Part shown: piece by piece, positions 1-11,631 of the stretch | Position numbering within the stretch: the first letter of the stretch is position 1 | Layout: each line of letters starts with the position of its first letter | Assembly (NCBI RefSeq): GCF_001194135.2 | Contig: NC_068981.1 | Coordinates: 40,998,900 to 41,062,899 of the forward strand | DNA: 64,000 bases | Source: Octopus bimaculoides | Taxonomy: Eukaryota | Reading direction: 5' to 3' | Notes under the pieces: generated by a model | Seen by the model: the letters and a program-made list of their open reading frames with translations, nothing else | Told to the model about the DNA's origin: nothing | Databases searched by the model: none | Program-made: the position numbers and the translations under genes

Positions 1-644
1 TTAGATCAAAAAAGTAGTATTGGCCTTTGTTTCACTTTTGTCTCAATGGGAGCATGGTGAATCTATGGATCTTGTACCGTCAAATTGAAAAGAACGTTTC
101 TCTCTTGGAATTCACCAGACAAATTGTTATGACACTACTTGACTACTTGCTGCACCAGACTTAGGACCAGAGCAAGGAGTCCATCCTAAAACAATGAAAC
201 AAGTTCTTGAAACAGTTAGATTTCATGGTAAAAACCACTTGGTCAATAAAAATTATTCACAGAGAAGAAATGCAGCATGTGGAAAATGTGCCAAGTTTGT
301 ATGTATTAAATGTAATGTTGAACTTCATCCTGATATGTGTTTTGTAGCTTACCATCAGTAAAGGCATAAATTAAATGATGACCATTAATATTAATAATTT
401 TTTAGTGTAATTTCTTTCAATAAAGAAATGTAAAAGAACATTTTCTTTATCCCTAAATTCTTATGAACTAGGAAAATTCAATGCCCAGCATATATATCAT
501 ACATTAAAAGAACATGAAAACTGCAATTTTTTTTTGTAAAAAACAATATGAGTACTTTAAATGCAGTGTCCCAGATACCAAATTAAATTTTTATTAAAAG
601 ATTCAACTTTTTTAATTTTGGGTATTAGTGAGAAAGAGAATTAA
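1..644 (+). mobile_element. 3' end of a degenerate piggyBac (PGBD-like) DNA transposon
   Basis: Translation from nt 3 gives RSKK*YWPLFHFCLNGSMVNLWILYRQ. After a frameshift it gives the Cys-rich tail ACGKCAKFVCIKCNVELHPDMCFVAYHQ* (stop 359-361), typical of piggyBac transposase C-termini. A degenerate TIR (tagtgagaaagagaa) is followed by TTAA at 641-644. Confidence 0.8.
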
Positions 645-909
645 AATATTTAAAAGTATTCATTAATGAGAGTATTGTACATTTACATTTTCAGTGTCAA
701 TTCTTTATGTCCATTCATTCTACTTTTCACTCCACTTGACAAATAATGAGCATAGCAACCAAAGTGAAATAATAGAATTTGAGAGAACTACGGCTGGTCA
801 GCAAATAATTGTGCAAAGAGTTTTCAAAGTGGGATAAATTATCTTAGAGAGATTCTGATATGTTATGGTTTATCTGGGCTAAAGAACACAAATTGTAAGC
901 CTACTAGTT

Positions 910-1140
910 TTTGGGGGTTTTTTTCTACTCTAGGCACAAGGCCTGATATTTTTAGGGAGGGGACCAGTCGATTAGATTGACTCCAGTACGCAACTGGGAC
1001 TTAATCTATCGACCCCGAAAGGATGAAAGGCAAAGACAACTTTGGTGGAATATGAACTCAGAACATAAAAGACAGACGAAATCCTGCTAAGCATTATTAC
1101 CCAGCATGCTAACGTTTCTGCCAGCTCGCCGCCTTAAAAC
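910..1140 (-). mobile_element. tRNA-derived SINE (family A)
   Basis: The reverse complement starts aggcggcgagctggcagaaacgttagca and has a B-box-like gagttcata. It is flanked by the direct repeat cctactagtt (900-909, 1141-1150). The same family recurs at least five more times in the window. Confidence 0.85.
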
Positions 1141-1772
1141 CCTACTAGTTATTGCCTAAACCCTACATAAAACCTAAATCAATATATCAAAAGGCATTTC
1201 AGCAATGAACATACCATCTTTCTTCTCTCCTTTTTTTTTCTTTTGCTTTGAGTGGATCTAGTGGACCAGAGCTGAAGGATACTTGGCACACACACACACA
1301 TACACACATGCACATATGTGTGTGTATGTCTGTGTGTGTACGTGTCTCCTTGTCTTGAGATTGTGTATGTCACCATCATACAAGTGATTTAGATTTGACT
1401 TAATTTAGTATTTAATGAACCAAACAGCCACTCAGCACCACAGTTTAAAGAGGGGAAGTGTGTGGAGATAAAAAGGAAGGACGGCAGAAAATAATATAAT
1501 TAATAATAGTTTTCAAATTTAAAAAAAAAAAAAAGAACTAAAATGTAAATGGTGGAAAGAAAATCTTTAAAAATAAGATCAGTTCCTTTGAATTTTCTTT
1601 ATCTCCCTCTGTTTGTGTGTGTGTATTGGTTCTCTCAAGAGACGAATGAATGAAAAATGTAGAGGGGAGGAGAGAATGAAAAAAGATGGTTTAAAATAAA
1701 AGCAAGTTTGAATGAAAGAGCAAGAAAGAAAAAAAAAAATGCTTTGCTGGATATTTCTTTGTACATATTTGC

Positions 1773-1773
<1 letters not shown>

Positions 1774-1815
<42 letters not shown>
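1774..1815. repeat. (TTTC)n microsatellite
   Basis: Direct reading of the sequence. Confidence 0.95.
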
Positions 1816-2205
1816 TGAAAACCGCTTCTGGATCAAATCACCCACACACCTCTTTCTTTTTATGGTTGCTAGCCCTAGTCAAACTGTTCAACTCATACCA
1901 GCATGGACAACGGACATTAAATAATGATGATGATGATGATGATGAATATCTTAGGTGAATGCTAAATTCTATTTCCTACTTTAGTCTTCACACGACAATT
2001 TTATATCTTTGCACCTCAGTGGGTAGGATTGGGCACTTATTTATTTGAGATTGGATTTTTTAATCTCACCTTTAACATTTATATTATACTTCAAGTACAA
2101 AAACAGTCTGGATTTTTAATTTTTTAGAATAAAGGATTAAGAATCTCCAAAAGGTTTTTTTATTTCAGAAAAAGTTTTCCTTTTTTAATTTATTATTATT
2201 TCTAA

Positions 2206-2425
2206 CCCTTTAGCACTCAGATTACTCTGTCAAATGTAATGCTTATCCATTCAAATAACTTTGAATTAATCATGCATTATTTTGTAGTTTTGAGATTTTG
2301 ATGATGTGATTGTTTATTTTTAGAATGACATTGTGGAGTAGGTGTGAGAGGTCCAATATGGCTGGTTTGAACATAAAACAGATAGAATATTTGGGCTGGA
2401 TATGGTCAGTGTAAATGCTAAAGGA
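2206..2425. mobile_element. ~220-bp piggyBac-type MITE
   Basis: Termini ccctttagca...tgctaaagga are flanked by ctaa/TTAA. Homologous copies lie at 4115-4333 and, inverted, at 47775-47995. Confidence 0.85.
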
Positions 2426-2598
2426 TTAAAGCAAAAAGTGATCAAGGCTAAAAGATTTACAGCTGTATTTGTTTCCGTGTATAAATATATTTTGCTGACA
2501 TTTGAAGTGTACAAATAGGTTTTGTTTGTATATGTATTTATATTTTCATCTTTAATATCTGAAACTGAAACAAAAGAATTTTAAATTTTCTGAAAATA

Positions 2599-2790
2599 AA
2601 ACAACTAGTGTAAACAAGTACATTTCAAATGCAAATAAAATATATTTACATACAAAACAAACAACTAATGCAAACAGGTATGTTTATACATTTCAAATGC
2701 AAATAAAATATATTTACATACAAAGCAAACAGCTAGTGCAAACAAGTATGTTTATACATTTCAAATGCAAATAAAGTATATTTACAAACA
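2599..2790. repeat. 68-bp minisatellite, about 2.8 copies
   Basis: tacatttcaaatgcaaataaaatatatttaca recurs, with ATGCAAAT at 2629, 2697 and 2765 (period 68). Confidence 0.9.
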
Positions 2791-3243
2791 AGAAACTACA
2801 GCAGATGTCAATCCCTTAACACTATCAGTTTTAAATTGAAAACAAAAATATTACATTTTTCATTTTTAAGTAAAAAAAAAAAAATTTAGAATCCAAATTT
2901 TTGATGCTCAAGCATAAACATCTGAAAAGTTTCTAAAAAGAAAAGAGCAAAATAAAGAAGTTTGAGATGGCCGTCAAAAAAATTCACATTAAAACAAATG
3001 AGGGCTTTGGATTCTGATTACAGCCTGGTATTTTCAGTAGTTACTGCATAACCACTCCTTTTGACAAGACTGCTGTGAAATGCACTTACAGGCTCTAACA
3101 TTACCAATGTATATCCGTACAAACTAGGAAAAGAATAGAACACTCCAACTTGAAAAATATTCAACTGTACTTAAAAACGCTTGTTGAAAAAATGGAAGGA
3201 AAGTATATGTATACAACAGAAGTTTTTACTTTTCTATAATACT

Positions 3244-3425
3244 GTTTAGCCCTAGTTCAACTGGAAAGGCTTTCCAGCCATGACATTCCAATCTTTTGGG
3301 GGCTATATAGGATTACACAATTCAATGTGCTCTTCTTTGTTTAGAATGGTAGAATGTGATTTGAAAGAGATTTGGCTAGTATTTCTAACATGTTGAGTAG
3401 CAACTTACAGGCTCCCTCATTGGTT
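3244..3425 (+). repeat. ~180-bp interspersed repeat (family D, unclassified)
   Basis: The core gtgatttga..gagatttggct..tatttcta.ca.gttgag...ggctccctc is shared with 10133-10318, 29856-30030 and 33643-33812. Confidence 0.7.
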
Positions 3426-3457
3426 CTATTTCTGTAAAGATGATAATCAAAATGACC

Positions 3458-3934
3458 TTTTACTTGTTTCAGTCATTAGACTGTGGCCATGCAGGAGCAT
3501 TGCCTCCAAGAATTTTTAGTTGAATGAATCACCCCCCAGTACTTATTATTGCTTTTAAGCCTTGTACTTATGCTATCAGTCTCTGTTACCAAACCACTAA
3601 GTTACAGGGACAGAAACACTAACCGGTTGTCAAGCAGTAATGGGAGACAAAGATAGACACACACATATACAAACACACACAAACACACACACACACACAC
3701 ATGCACACACACACCACACACCACATACACACACACCACACACACGCATGCACACACACACACACACACACACGACAGGCTTCTTTCAGTTACTGACTGC
3801 CAAATCCACTCACAATGCTTTGGTCAGTCTGAGGTTATATTAGGAGACACTTGCCCAAGGTGTCATGCAGTGGGACTGAACCCAGAAGTATGTAGTTTAG
3901 AAGCAAGTTTCTTACCATACAGCTATGCCTGAAC
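3458..3934 (-). mobile_element. tRNA-derived SINE (family B) with expanded internal (CA)n
   Basis: Reverse complement of the family B copy at 37682-38040 (gggttcagtcccactg, ccttgggcaagtgtc, tgactgaaacaagtaaaag). Confidence 0.8.
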
Positions 3935-4114
3935 CTCAAAACCATATAAAATAAAATGGACTATAAATTCAATTCTTAGAAATATTCATCTCAAAACAAA
4001 GATTTGAATGCCTTTATAAATTAGCCCATTAATTGAATTAAAAATAGTGAATTCAGAAGCAGAATCAATAGATTTGTACATAAGCTTGGATCTAAACACT
4101 TATAAGTCCTTTAA

Positions 4115-4333
4115 TCTGAAAACATTCAGATTACTGTGCAAAGTGTAATGCTAATTTATTCACATTGTTTTGAATTGATCATGCATTACCTTGTAGCTTT
4201 GAGATTGCAATGATGTGATTGTTTATTTTTAGGATGACATTGTAAGGTAGGTGTGAGAGGCTGGATCTGGTCAGTTTGAACATAATCCGTGTAGAATATT
4301 TCAGCCAGGTATGGCTGGTCTAAATACTGAAAG
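4115..4333. mobile_element. piggyBac-type MITE, older copy
   Basis: Internal sequence is homologous to 2206-2425, with TTAA at 4111-4114 and degraded termini. Confidence 0.75.
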
Positions 4334-5833
4334 ATCTGGTAATAAAACAAAAACAAGTAAGTAAATATACTGACTGCACTATATACAAAAGTACAACATC
4401 AAACAGACTGCTTTGTGGTAATTGTACTCTGGGTTCAAATCACTGTACGCTGGGTTCAAATCCTGCCTGAGGCCAACTTAGCCATTCACTTCTTCAGAGT
4501 TATAAAAAAAAGTACCTATTCAAGGCATTGGATTACTGGAACTGTTATAATATCAAACCAGATCCTTTCTGGTATTTGTCCTGGCTTTTTGCATTCTGAG
4601 TTCAAATCCCACCATGACCTACTTGGATGGTAGACTTAATCTACCACTTGCTTTATTAACATCACCACTTGGCACCTTGAATGCCTTTAGTGGAGTCCAT
4701 TCTGTTGCAAGCATTCAAACCAAGTCTCTAGGTCAAGGATACCTTCCTTCTGCGCACCAGTTTTGGAGACCTGATGTCATGGGCTCTGTCTTCCCTCCTG
4801 ATTACAAGATATAAGAAAAAAAACACTATCACAATGCATAAAACTTCTCTTTTCGTTTTTAGACAGTTCTCTCAGTCTTTCTCTCAGATAACTTATTCTG
4901 TGGTTGTGGTTGCTGTTGTATAGCTCTAGATTAGTTGATCAAGCAAACCTTGCAGTTACACTGCTCCCATATCTGAGATAGTGCAGCTGCTACACACACG
5001 GAAAATCTTGGTTATTAATCATCATTTAACATCTGTTCTTCATGCTGGCATGGGTTTGATGGCTTGACCATAGTGGGCAAACCAGAGGGCTACGCCAAGC
5101 TCCAGTGTCTACTTTGGCACAGTTTCTATGAATGCAAGCCCTTCCTAACATCAACCACTTTAAAGATTGTAGGTGCTTTTCCTTCTGTAAAGTGGCTGGC
5201 ATTAGGAAGAATATCTAGCTGTAGAAACCATGCCAAAGCATACTTTAGAACTTGGTGCAGTCCTCTGTCCATTCAACTTATTCCACGATCTTACGATCAT
5301 GAGTCCAATACCCTAACCGCTAAGCCACAGGGTACAGGACAACTCAACACCGCCAACTTAACATCGCCGACTCAATGCCAACACAACTCAACACCAGGAA
5401 AATTGATTAATAAATAATTTATTCATTTTATAACATTATCAGGTACTTATAAATAAATGGTGTTGATTGCCAACATCGGTAGAAAAATATGAATTCTTGG
5501 TATTCCTTCTTTGAATGGTTTAAAGCAGGGATGGGGAACCTGTGGCCTTAAGGCCGCATGCAGCCTTCTGGGTCAGCAAGTGCAGCCTTCTGCAGCCTTT
5601 GATGTAAATGTTAATATATATTTTTTAAGACCTTGATTTTCTTTATCTATAGTTTTTATGCATAAATTTACAATACACACACATATATAGATGAGAGGAA
5701 AAATAACTGTGTTCAGTGATGTCACTCTCAGAAATTGGAAGCATTTTTCTATGAACCTAATGACTATAAACTTAAAGCAACATGGCTATAAAGGCAACAT
5801 TCCCTTGTCAATCATGCCAGCCTAGTAGGAGTG

Positions 5834-5985
5834 AGTAACCTTACGCGTGATACATGTAGAGTTCCTGTCTCGTATACCTCCTCACTGTGGTTTGTGCTAA
5901 GTACTACTCAGTAACTTTACACGTGATACATGCAGAGTTCTTGTCTCATCTACTTCCTCACTGTGGTCTGACTACGTACTACTCT
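5834..5985. repeat. 76-bp tandem duplication in the hAT 5' subterminal region
   Basis: agtaac(c/t)ttac(g/a)cgtgatacatg(t/c)agagttc...cctcactgtgg starts at 5834 and again at 5910. Confidence 0.85.
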
Positions 5986-6552
5986 GTTAATTGTAGTCAT
6001 GACTAAGTTCATAGTGACTTGTGAAATTGTAAGTCTGAGTTAGTTATAGCCTCATATGAAAGCGTACATTCACTAGTGCACGCGTTGTTTTGCAGACTTC
6101 CTTTTTGTCACTGAGACTTAATTAGTAACAATGATTGAATTCATTGCTACTCTGTTAGGCCTACTGCACACCATTCCAGATAAAACAGTCTTAGATAAGA
6201 CAATCAATCAGCAACCGAAACCATGTTCTTGGAATTTTGGTCATGACTTTAGCAATTGTTGTTTTGATTGAAAACCATCAACATTTGCCATAATTTCTAT
6301 ATTAATTGGGTAATGATAAATAATAGTACTAATTACAGAAAAGAATATTATAAATCTAGATGATATTTATTCTTGAATGGTAGTGACAATTGCCGAATTC
6401 AAGACCAAGAATATGGTTTTGGATGCAGGTTTATCGTATCTTGTCTGAGATTGTTTTTTCTGGGTCAGTGTGCAGCCAGCCTTACTAATTAATTATCATC
6501 CTTTTATTTTTTAGCAGTATTCCAGAATGAAAACAATTTTCAACCCATAAGT

Positions 6553-8303
6553 ATGTCAAAGAAATTGAAACAAACTTTGAAAGAAGAAAATAAGATCTTC
6601 AATGAAGAATGGGAATTACAATATTTTTTAGTGAATAGTGGAGGCAAAATGTCTTGTTTGCTTTGTGATACTGCAATTGTAATGGTTAAGAAATTCAATG
6701 CACAGCAGCATTATGTTCTTCATAAAGACAATAATTATGCCAAATAAGAGGGTGAGTCTTGAAAGAAAGCACCGCAGAAACTGAAAGATGGAAAACAAAA
6801 GCAAAGACAATTTTTCCATTCTGTGTTACATCAAGGGAATGGTGCGACATTAATTACTTGGAAAAAAAGGTGAACCATTCATCGATTCAAAACCCATAAA
6901 GGAATGTATTTTAGAAGTGGTAAGATGTATAGATCCAGATAAAGTTAACAAATATAAAGAGGTGCCTCTTTCAAGAAAAACTAATACAGATGGACAGCAT
7001 GAATTGGCATGTGATGTAACAGAGCAACTGAAAAATATAATCCAAAAAGAAACTGTATATTATTCAGTAGCTCTGGATGAATCAACAAATTCCACTGATT
7101 CAGCATAGGTATTGTATTTTATTCGTGCTATAACTGATGATTTGCTTGCTTTAGGCACCCTTAAAGGACAGACGTGGGGGATAGATATTTTTAACAACTT
7201 CAAAGAGCAATGCCACAAAGTAGGACTAAATATTAGTAATTTGGTAAGTATGTGCATGGATGGCTAAGAATGAAGGATTTATTGCACATCTTAAAAGAGA
7301 AACCAAAGATCCAAGTGAATTGATTTCTGTTCATTGTATTTTGCATCAGCAAAATCTCTGTGCAAAATCTGCCATTTTAAATGACACTTTGCATAAGGTT
7401 ATATGTATTGTAAACTATATTCAAGCAAGTGCCACGAAGCATCGTCAATTTAGAAGCATGCTGATGATGGATGATGGAGTAATTAGTGTAGATTTTCCTA
7501 ATCACTCAAAAGTACGCTGGCTGTCACAAGGGAAAGTATTGGTCAAAATTGTATCTTTACAAAAGCAAATAATTGACTTTTTCAAAGTAAACAACAAACA
7601 TTGTGATTTATCAGATCCAAACTTTTACAGAGATGTTGCATTTTTATGTGATGTTATATCAAAATAAAATGAGTTAAACATTTCGTTGCGAGGCAGAAAT
7701 AAATTTATTTATGATATGTGGCAAAAAATTCAGGCATTTAGAAAAAAGTTGTTTTTCAAGTCTCTTTTGGCTAAATCAAAACTTTCAGAGGAACACTTTC
7801 CCCAGTTTATGAATGTAATGAGTGAATATGAAGATATCTTTGGATCTTTTGAAGAATACAAGTCAGTTTTAGACTCATTAATAGAAGAATACAAGAAAAG
7901 ATTCAGTGATTTTGAAAAGCATAACATCACTCTGAAACATGCTTTTCAGTCTCACTTAGTTGATGTACCAAAGACTCCTGAAGAGTTACAAATGGAGCTT
8001 ATTGAAATGTCTGAAGATAATATCCTGAAATCTCAGTTTGACAACAGGGACAATCTCATTGAAATTTGGGAAAAGGCAATAGAATATCCTCGTCTTCGTG
8101 AACATGCATGCCGACTGATTTCCTACTTTTCTACAACATACTGTTGTGAATCCACATTCTCGTACTTGATGCAAATCAAGAATTCACTGAGGACACAATT
8201 GACAGATGAGCATTTAGAGGACTAATTGATACTAAGAACCACTATGTTAGAACCTGATATCAAAATGCTTTCTAAAAAAAAACAGACTCAAAGAAGTCAT
8301 TAA
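6553..8303 (+). pseudogene. Disrupted hAT transposase (GTF2IRD2/ZBED5-like)
   Basis: BED finger (CLLC...HYVLH), catalytic motifs ALDEST, CMDG and CESTFS, plus CILH and RWLS. Multiple stops and frameshifts split it into ORFs 6553-6747, 6917-7108, 7260-7667 and 7686-8225. Confidence 0.92.
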
Positions 8304-8730
8304 TTTGAATAAAGACTAAATACATGCCTAAAGGAAATATTTCAAAATTTCATATTCTTGGTGTTTATAAGCTTGACTTTTTTTAAAAGATTATTATTCA
8401 TTTACTTATTTAAAAAAAGTTCTTAAGTAAAATATTTGAAAATGTCATATTTCCAATTTTTATTCACCAGTCTTTTTTTCTATGACATTACTATTAAATT
8501 ACTTAGCGGCCTATGCCTAAGGATAAAATGACAAAAAAAATATTTGTTCAATGTGGCCTCTATGAGGGGCAATGAATTGTAAGGTGGCTTTCATGAACAA
8601 AAAGGTTCCCCACCCCTGTTTTACAGCTATCTAAATACCTTTGACACAAGCTAAATAGGCCATTATGACCAATAAATTACTTGATGAAGCTTGGGCCAAT
8701 CATGAAGCAAACAAACCATTGTTCTGGAAT

Positions 8731-8773
<43 letters not shown>

Positions 8774-9079
8774 ATTATATCCTTTATAAATTGTTTTTAT
8801 TCAAATTTTAGAAGTTCTGCTTTTTTTTTTATTCAAGCCATGTATTAAGATTAATCTTTTTATAAATTTCTGATAATGTTATAAAATGAATAGTTAAAAA
8901 CGGATGAAGTTATAAAATGAATAAATTATTTATTAATCAATTTTCCTGGTGTTTAGTTGTCTTGGTGTTGCATTGTCCTGATGTTGAGTTGTCCTGGTGT
9001 TGAGTCGGCAGTGTTGAGTTGGCAGTGGTGAGTTGTCCCTATTTGTAAGCCACATGCCCACCCACAGACGTACTGTATC

Positions 9080-9440
9080 ATCTTTCTGCCTTTCTACTGC
9101 TTCTACAGTGGCTTCCGCTCTTCAGAACTGGTCAATCTCATGTCACTTCTAAGTACTTCTGACTCACTTATAACACTCTAGCCTTTGTAGTGAAATTGAA
9201 CTTCTAATTGTGTTGTTCATGGCTTCAGAAAGTGAGTTACAAGATCGTATTCTTGGTATATACAGTGACTGTCTTTGTTGAAGAAATTCTAAGTTGTCAT
9301 ATTGCCATACAAGGATAACTTTGATATTTCCAATCCAAGATACAGTTCATACTTCCAGTCCAAGATGCAGTTCAGTGAAGTATCTACATTGCAGATTGAT
9401 GACACCAGTGTGTAGAAGGTGTTTGTATATTACTTTATTT
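9080..9440 (-). mobile_element. Degraded LINE RT C-terminal fragment
   Basis: The - strand reads KVILVWQYDNLEFLQQRQSLYI, resembling the WxDxITNxEVL motif of RTE/L2-type RT tails, with many stops. Confidence 0.45.
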
Positions 9441-11428
9441 AATTATTTATACAAATATAATGCCATTCTCCAATCACATGTTTGTATGTGGGGGTGGGGT
9501 GTAAACCTGCATTTGAGAACAATAACCACGTTTGGAACACAAAGAGAGGCCTTGTTCGATTATATTCAAAGGGAACAAGGTATAGGATATGTTTCTACAT
9601 TGACTTTTGAATGTTTGCTTTTGTTGAAAGCTGAATTATCTTCTAAACATAATTTTTTTTATCAGATAGTCTTATTTGCATGACTACCTTTAGCACTCCA
9701 TGTATATATAGTTTTCACAGAGGCAGTTTGGTACTAGTTGGAAATAAGTTACCAGAAAATCATCAATGAAATCAGCAATAGATTAGGTTAATTTGTCCCT
9801 TACATAATTTCTTGAAGAATGTTTAGATCCAGCAACAGAATTATATGTCATTCAGCTAGCTTGCCAGTTCAGATGATGGATATTAAAGCTTCCTACAACA
9901 TTACGAATCACACACTAAATTCATTCATCTATGAGAGTATCAGATATTTGATCAACTTAATCCCTATGACAACATTCAAAGTAACTTGAAACTCTCTGAC
10001 ATTCAGCTACCAAGAGAAATTACTGGTCCTAAGAAAGCCTCTGGAAATATTTTACTGAATAACAATAAATAGTAAGTTTGCCTGTATTGAACCTTAGACC
10101 ATAATGCATGCTTATTTCCAAAATTTGTTACTGTGTAACCCCAGATTATCCTTGATTGAGCTGTACTAATATCAAAAATGTTCCAGCCACGAAACAGGAT
10201 AATGTAGTTTTAGATATACTATGTATCCATTTTTTTTTAAAAGATGATTGGCTGTAAATTAAGGGAAGTTTGGCTGCTATTTTCAAGAGGTTGAGTGATC
10301 ACTTAGAGGTTCCCTCATAACATACCTAGTTGGTAGTTGTGTGTCATTTTGAGTATTCCATTTTGGAATTTAATAATGCAACAATTGTTGAATGGAATTT
10401 TTGCTATGTGGTAAGTGTTGAGCAGGAGTTTTGCTGTCCTGTTTGTTGAGCATAATTGTAGCAGTGTGATGATTGTTGAATAGAATTATACTCTACGCTT
10501 GTTGAAAGTTGTGCATTCCAAGAGACTTACATAGCTGTTAACAGAATGATAGTTCTGCAAACTTGGATTTAAATTCATTGTCAGAAAGCCACACAGTCAA
10601 TAAAATATCATATTCTTTGGTTATTACATGTAATTGAAACATCTATTTACCCACTGTTTCTCCTCAAAGATTAATGCAAGTAATATGTTCACCAAGTATG
10701 TCAGTGATAAAATAACAAGCCATAACTGCATGCTTTGTCAGAAAGATTTATTGTATCAGATTTTTCTTTCTTCCTTTCTTTTTTATTGTAAAAATGCTTT
10801 GTCTGGAATCAGTACATTAAACTATTGTGTTTCTAGCATTTTTGACACCATGATTTCACTTGAAGATTGTAGGTTTTCATGTTTATTTTTCATTATTTGT
10901 TGTATTTGTCGTTTTTGCATGTTTATTTTTTTAAAAATTGTTTATTAAGTTTTCTCATTTTTTTTCTTCTTTTTCACTATTTGTTGATTTTTGCTTAGTT
11001 TTCTAAAAATGCATTCCTGATTCATAGAGATTTTTGTGAGTATGTCTTCTCTCACATCTAGGAGGAGAGAGATAATACTTGTTGCTTTTTGTACATCCAT
11101 AATCTCTAATACGGAACAGTATTTAGGGTGGAGGTGTTGACAGTTTGAACTAGTTATACTATGTAGATAGGAGCCTTTCAGAATTTTATGACAGACTGGA
11201 ATGTGCAAAAAAGGGCAATGCTGTTTGTTGTTGTTGCCACTCAATAGTGTAAATTTACAAATGCTTTTTCAAGATATAGGCAAGTTTGTTTGTTTTTTGG
11301 TTTGTTTGTTTTTTACTTTTTGTTTTTTATAGTGGTTTGAACTTTTGGCTGAGTAGAATTCGAGCTTGGTTCATTCAGGCACCTCAGACTACCACTACCA
11401 GCAACACCACCACCACATCATAATTATT

Positions 11429-11631
11429 AAGGTGGTAAGCTGGCAGAATCATTATCATGTTGGAGAAAATGCATAGCAACATTTCTTTAGTCTTTATGTT
11501 CTGAGTTCAAATTCTATTGAGGTTAATTTTGCCTTCCTTTCTGAACTGATGAAACAAGTACCAATCAAGAACTGAGGTTAATGTAACTGACTAGCTCCTA
11601 CCCTAAAAGCCTTGTGCCTATTGTAGAAAAG
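11429..11631 (+). mobile_element. tRNA-derived SINE (family A)
   Basis: aaggtggtaagctggcagaatc...gagttcaaattc...gccttgtgcctattgtagaaaag. Confidence 0.8.

Larger units (their letters stand above)
5526..8618 (+). mobile_element. Full-length (~3.1 kb) hAT transposon, Buster/Charlie group
   Basis: 15-bp TIRs CAGGGATGGGGAACC / GGTTCCCCACCCCTG. The 8-bp TSD gtttaaag / ttttacag matches at 6/8 and has a central TA. It contains transposase homology. Confidence 0.92.
5330..9045. mobile_element. Non-autonomous foldback element with long, internally repetitive TIRs and a 9-bp TSD (Mutator-like), split by a hAT insertion
   Basis: 5336-5440 is the reverse complement of about 8870-9040 (15-16-bp subunits ggacaactcaacacc, then ggaaaattgattaataaataatttattcattttataac). 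The exact direct repeat TAAGCCACA lies at 5321-5329 and 9046-9054. Confidence 0.7.

Noticed and set aside
2599-2790. Regularly spaced repeats (also 45620-45690, 5336-5400, 8940-9040) as CRISPR-like arrays
   Set aside because: The context is eukaryotic, there are no unique spacers and no cas genes. They are explained as minisatellites or TIR subunits.
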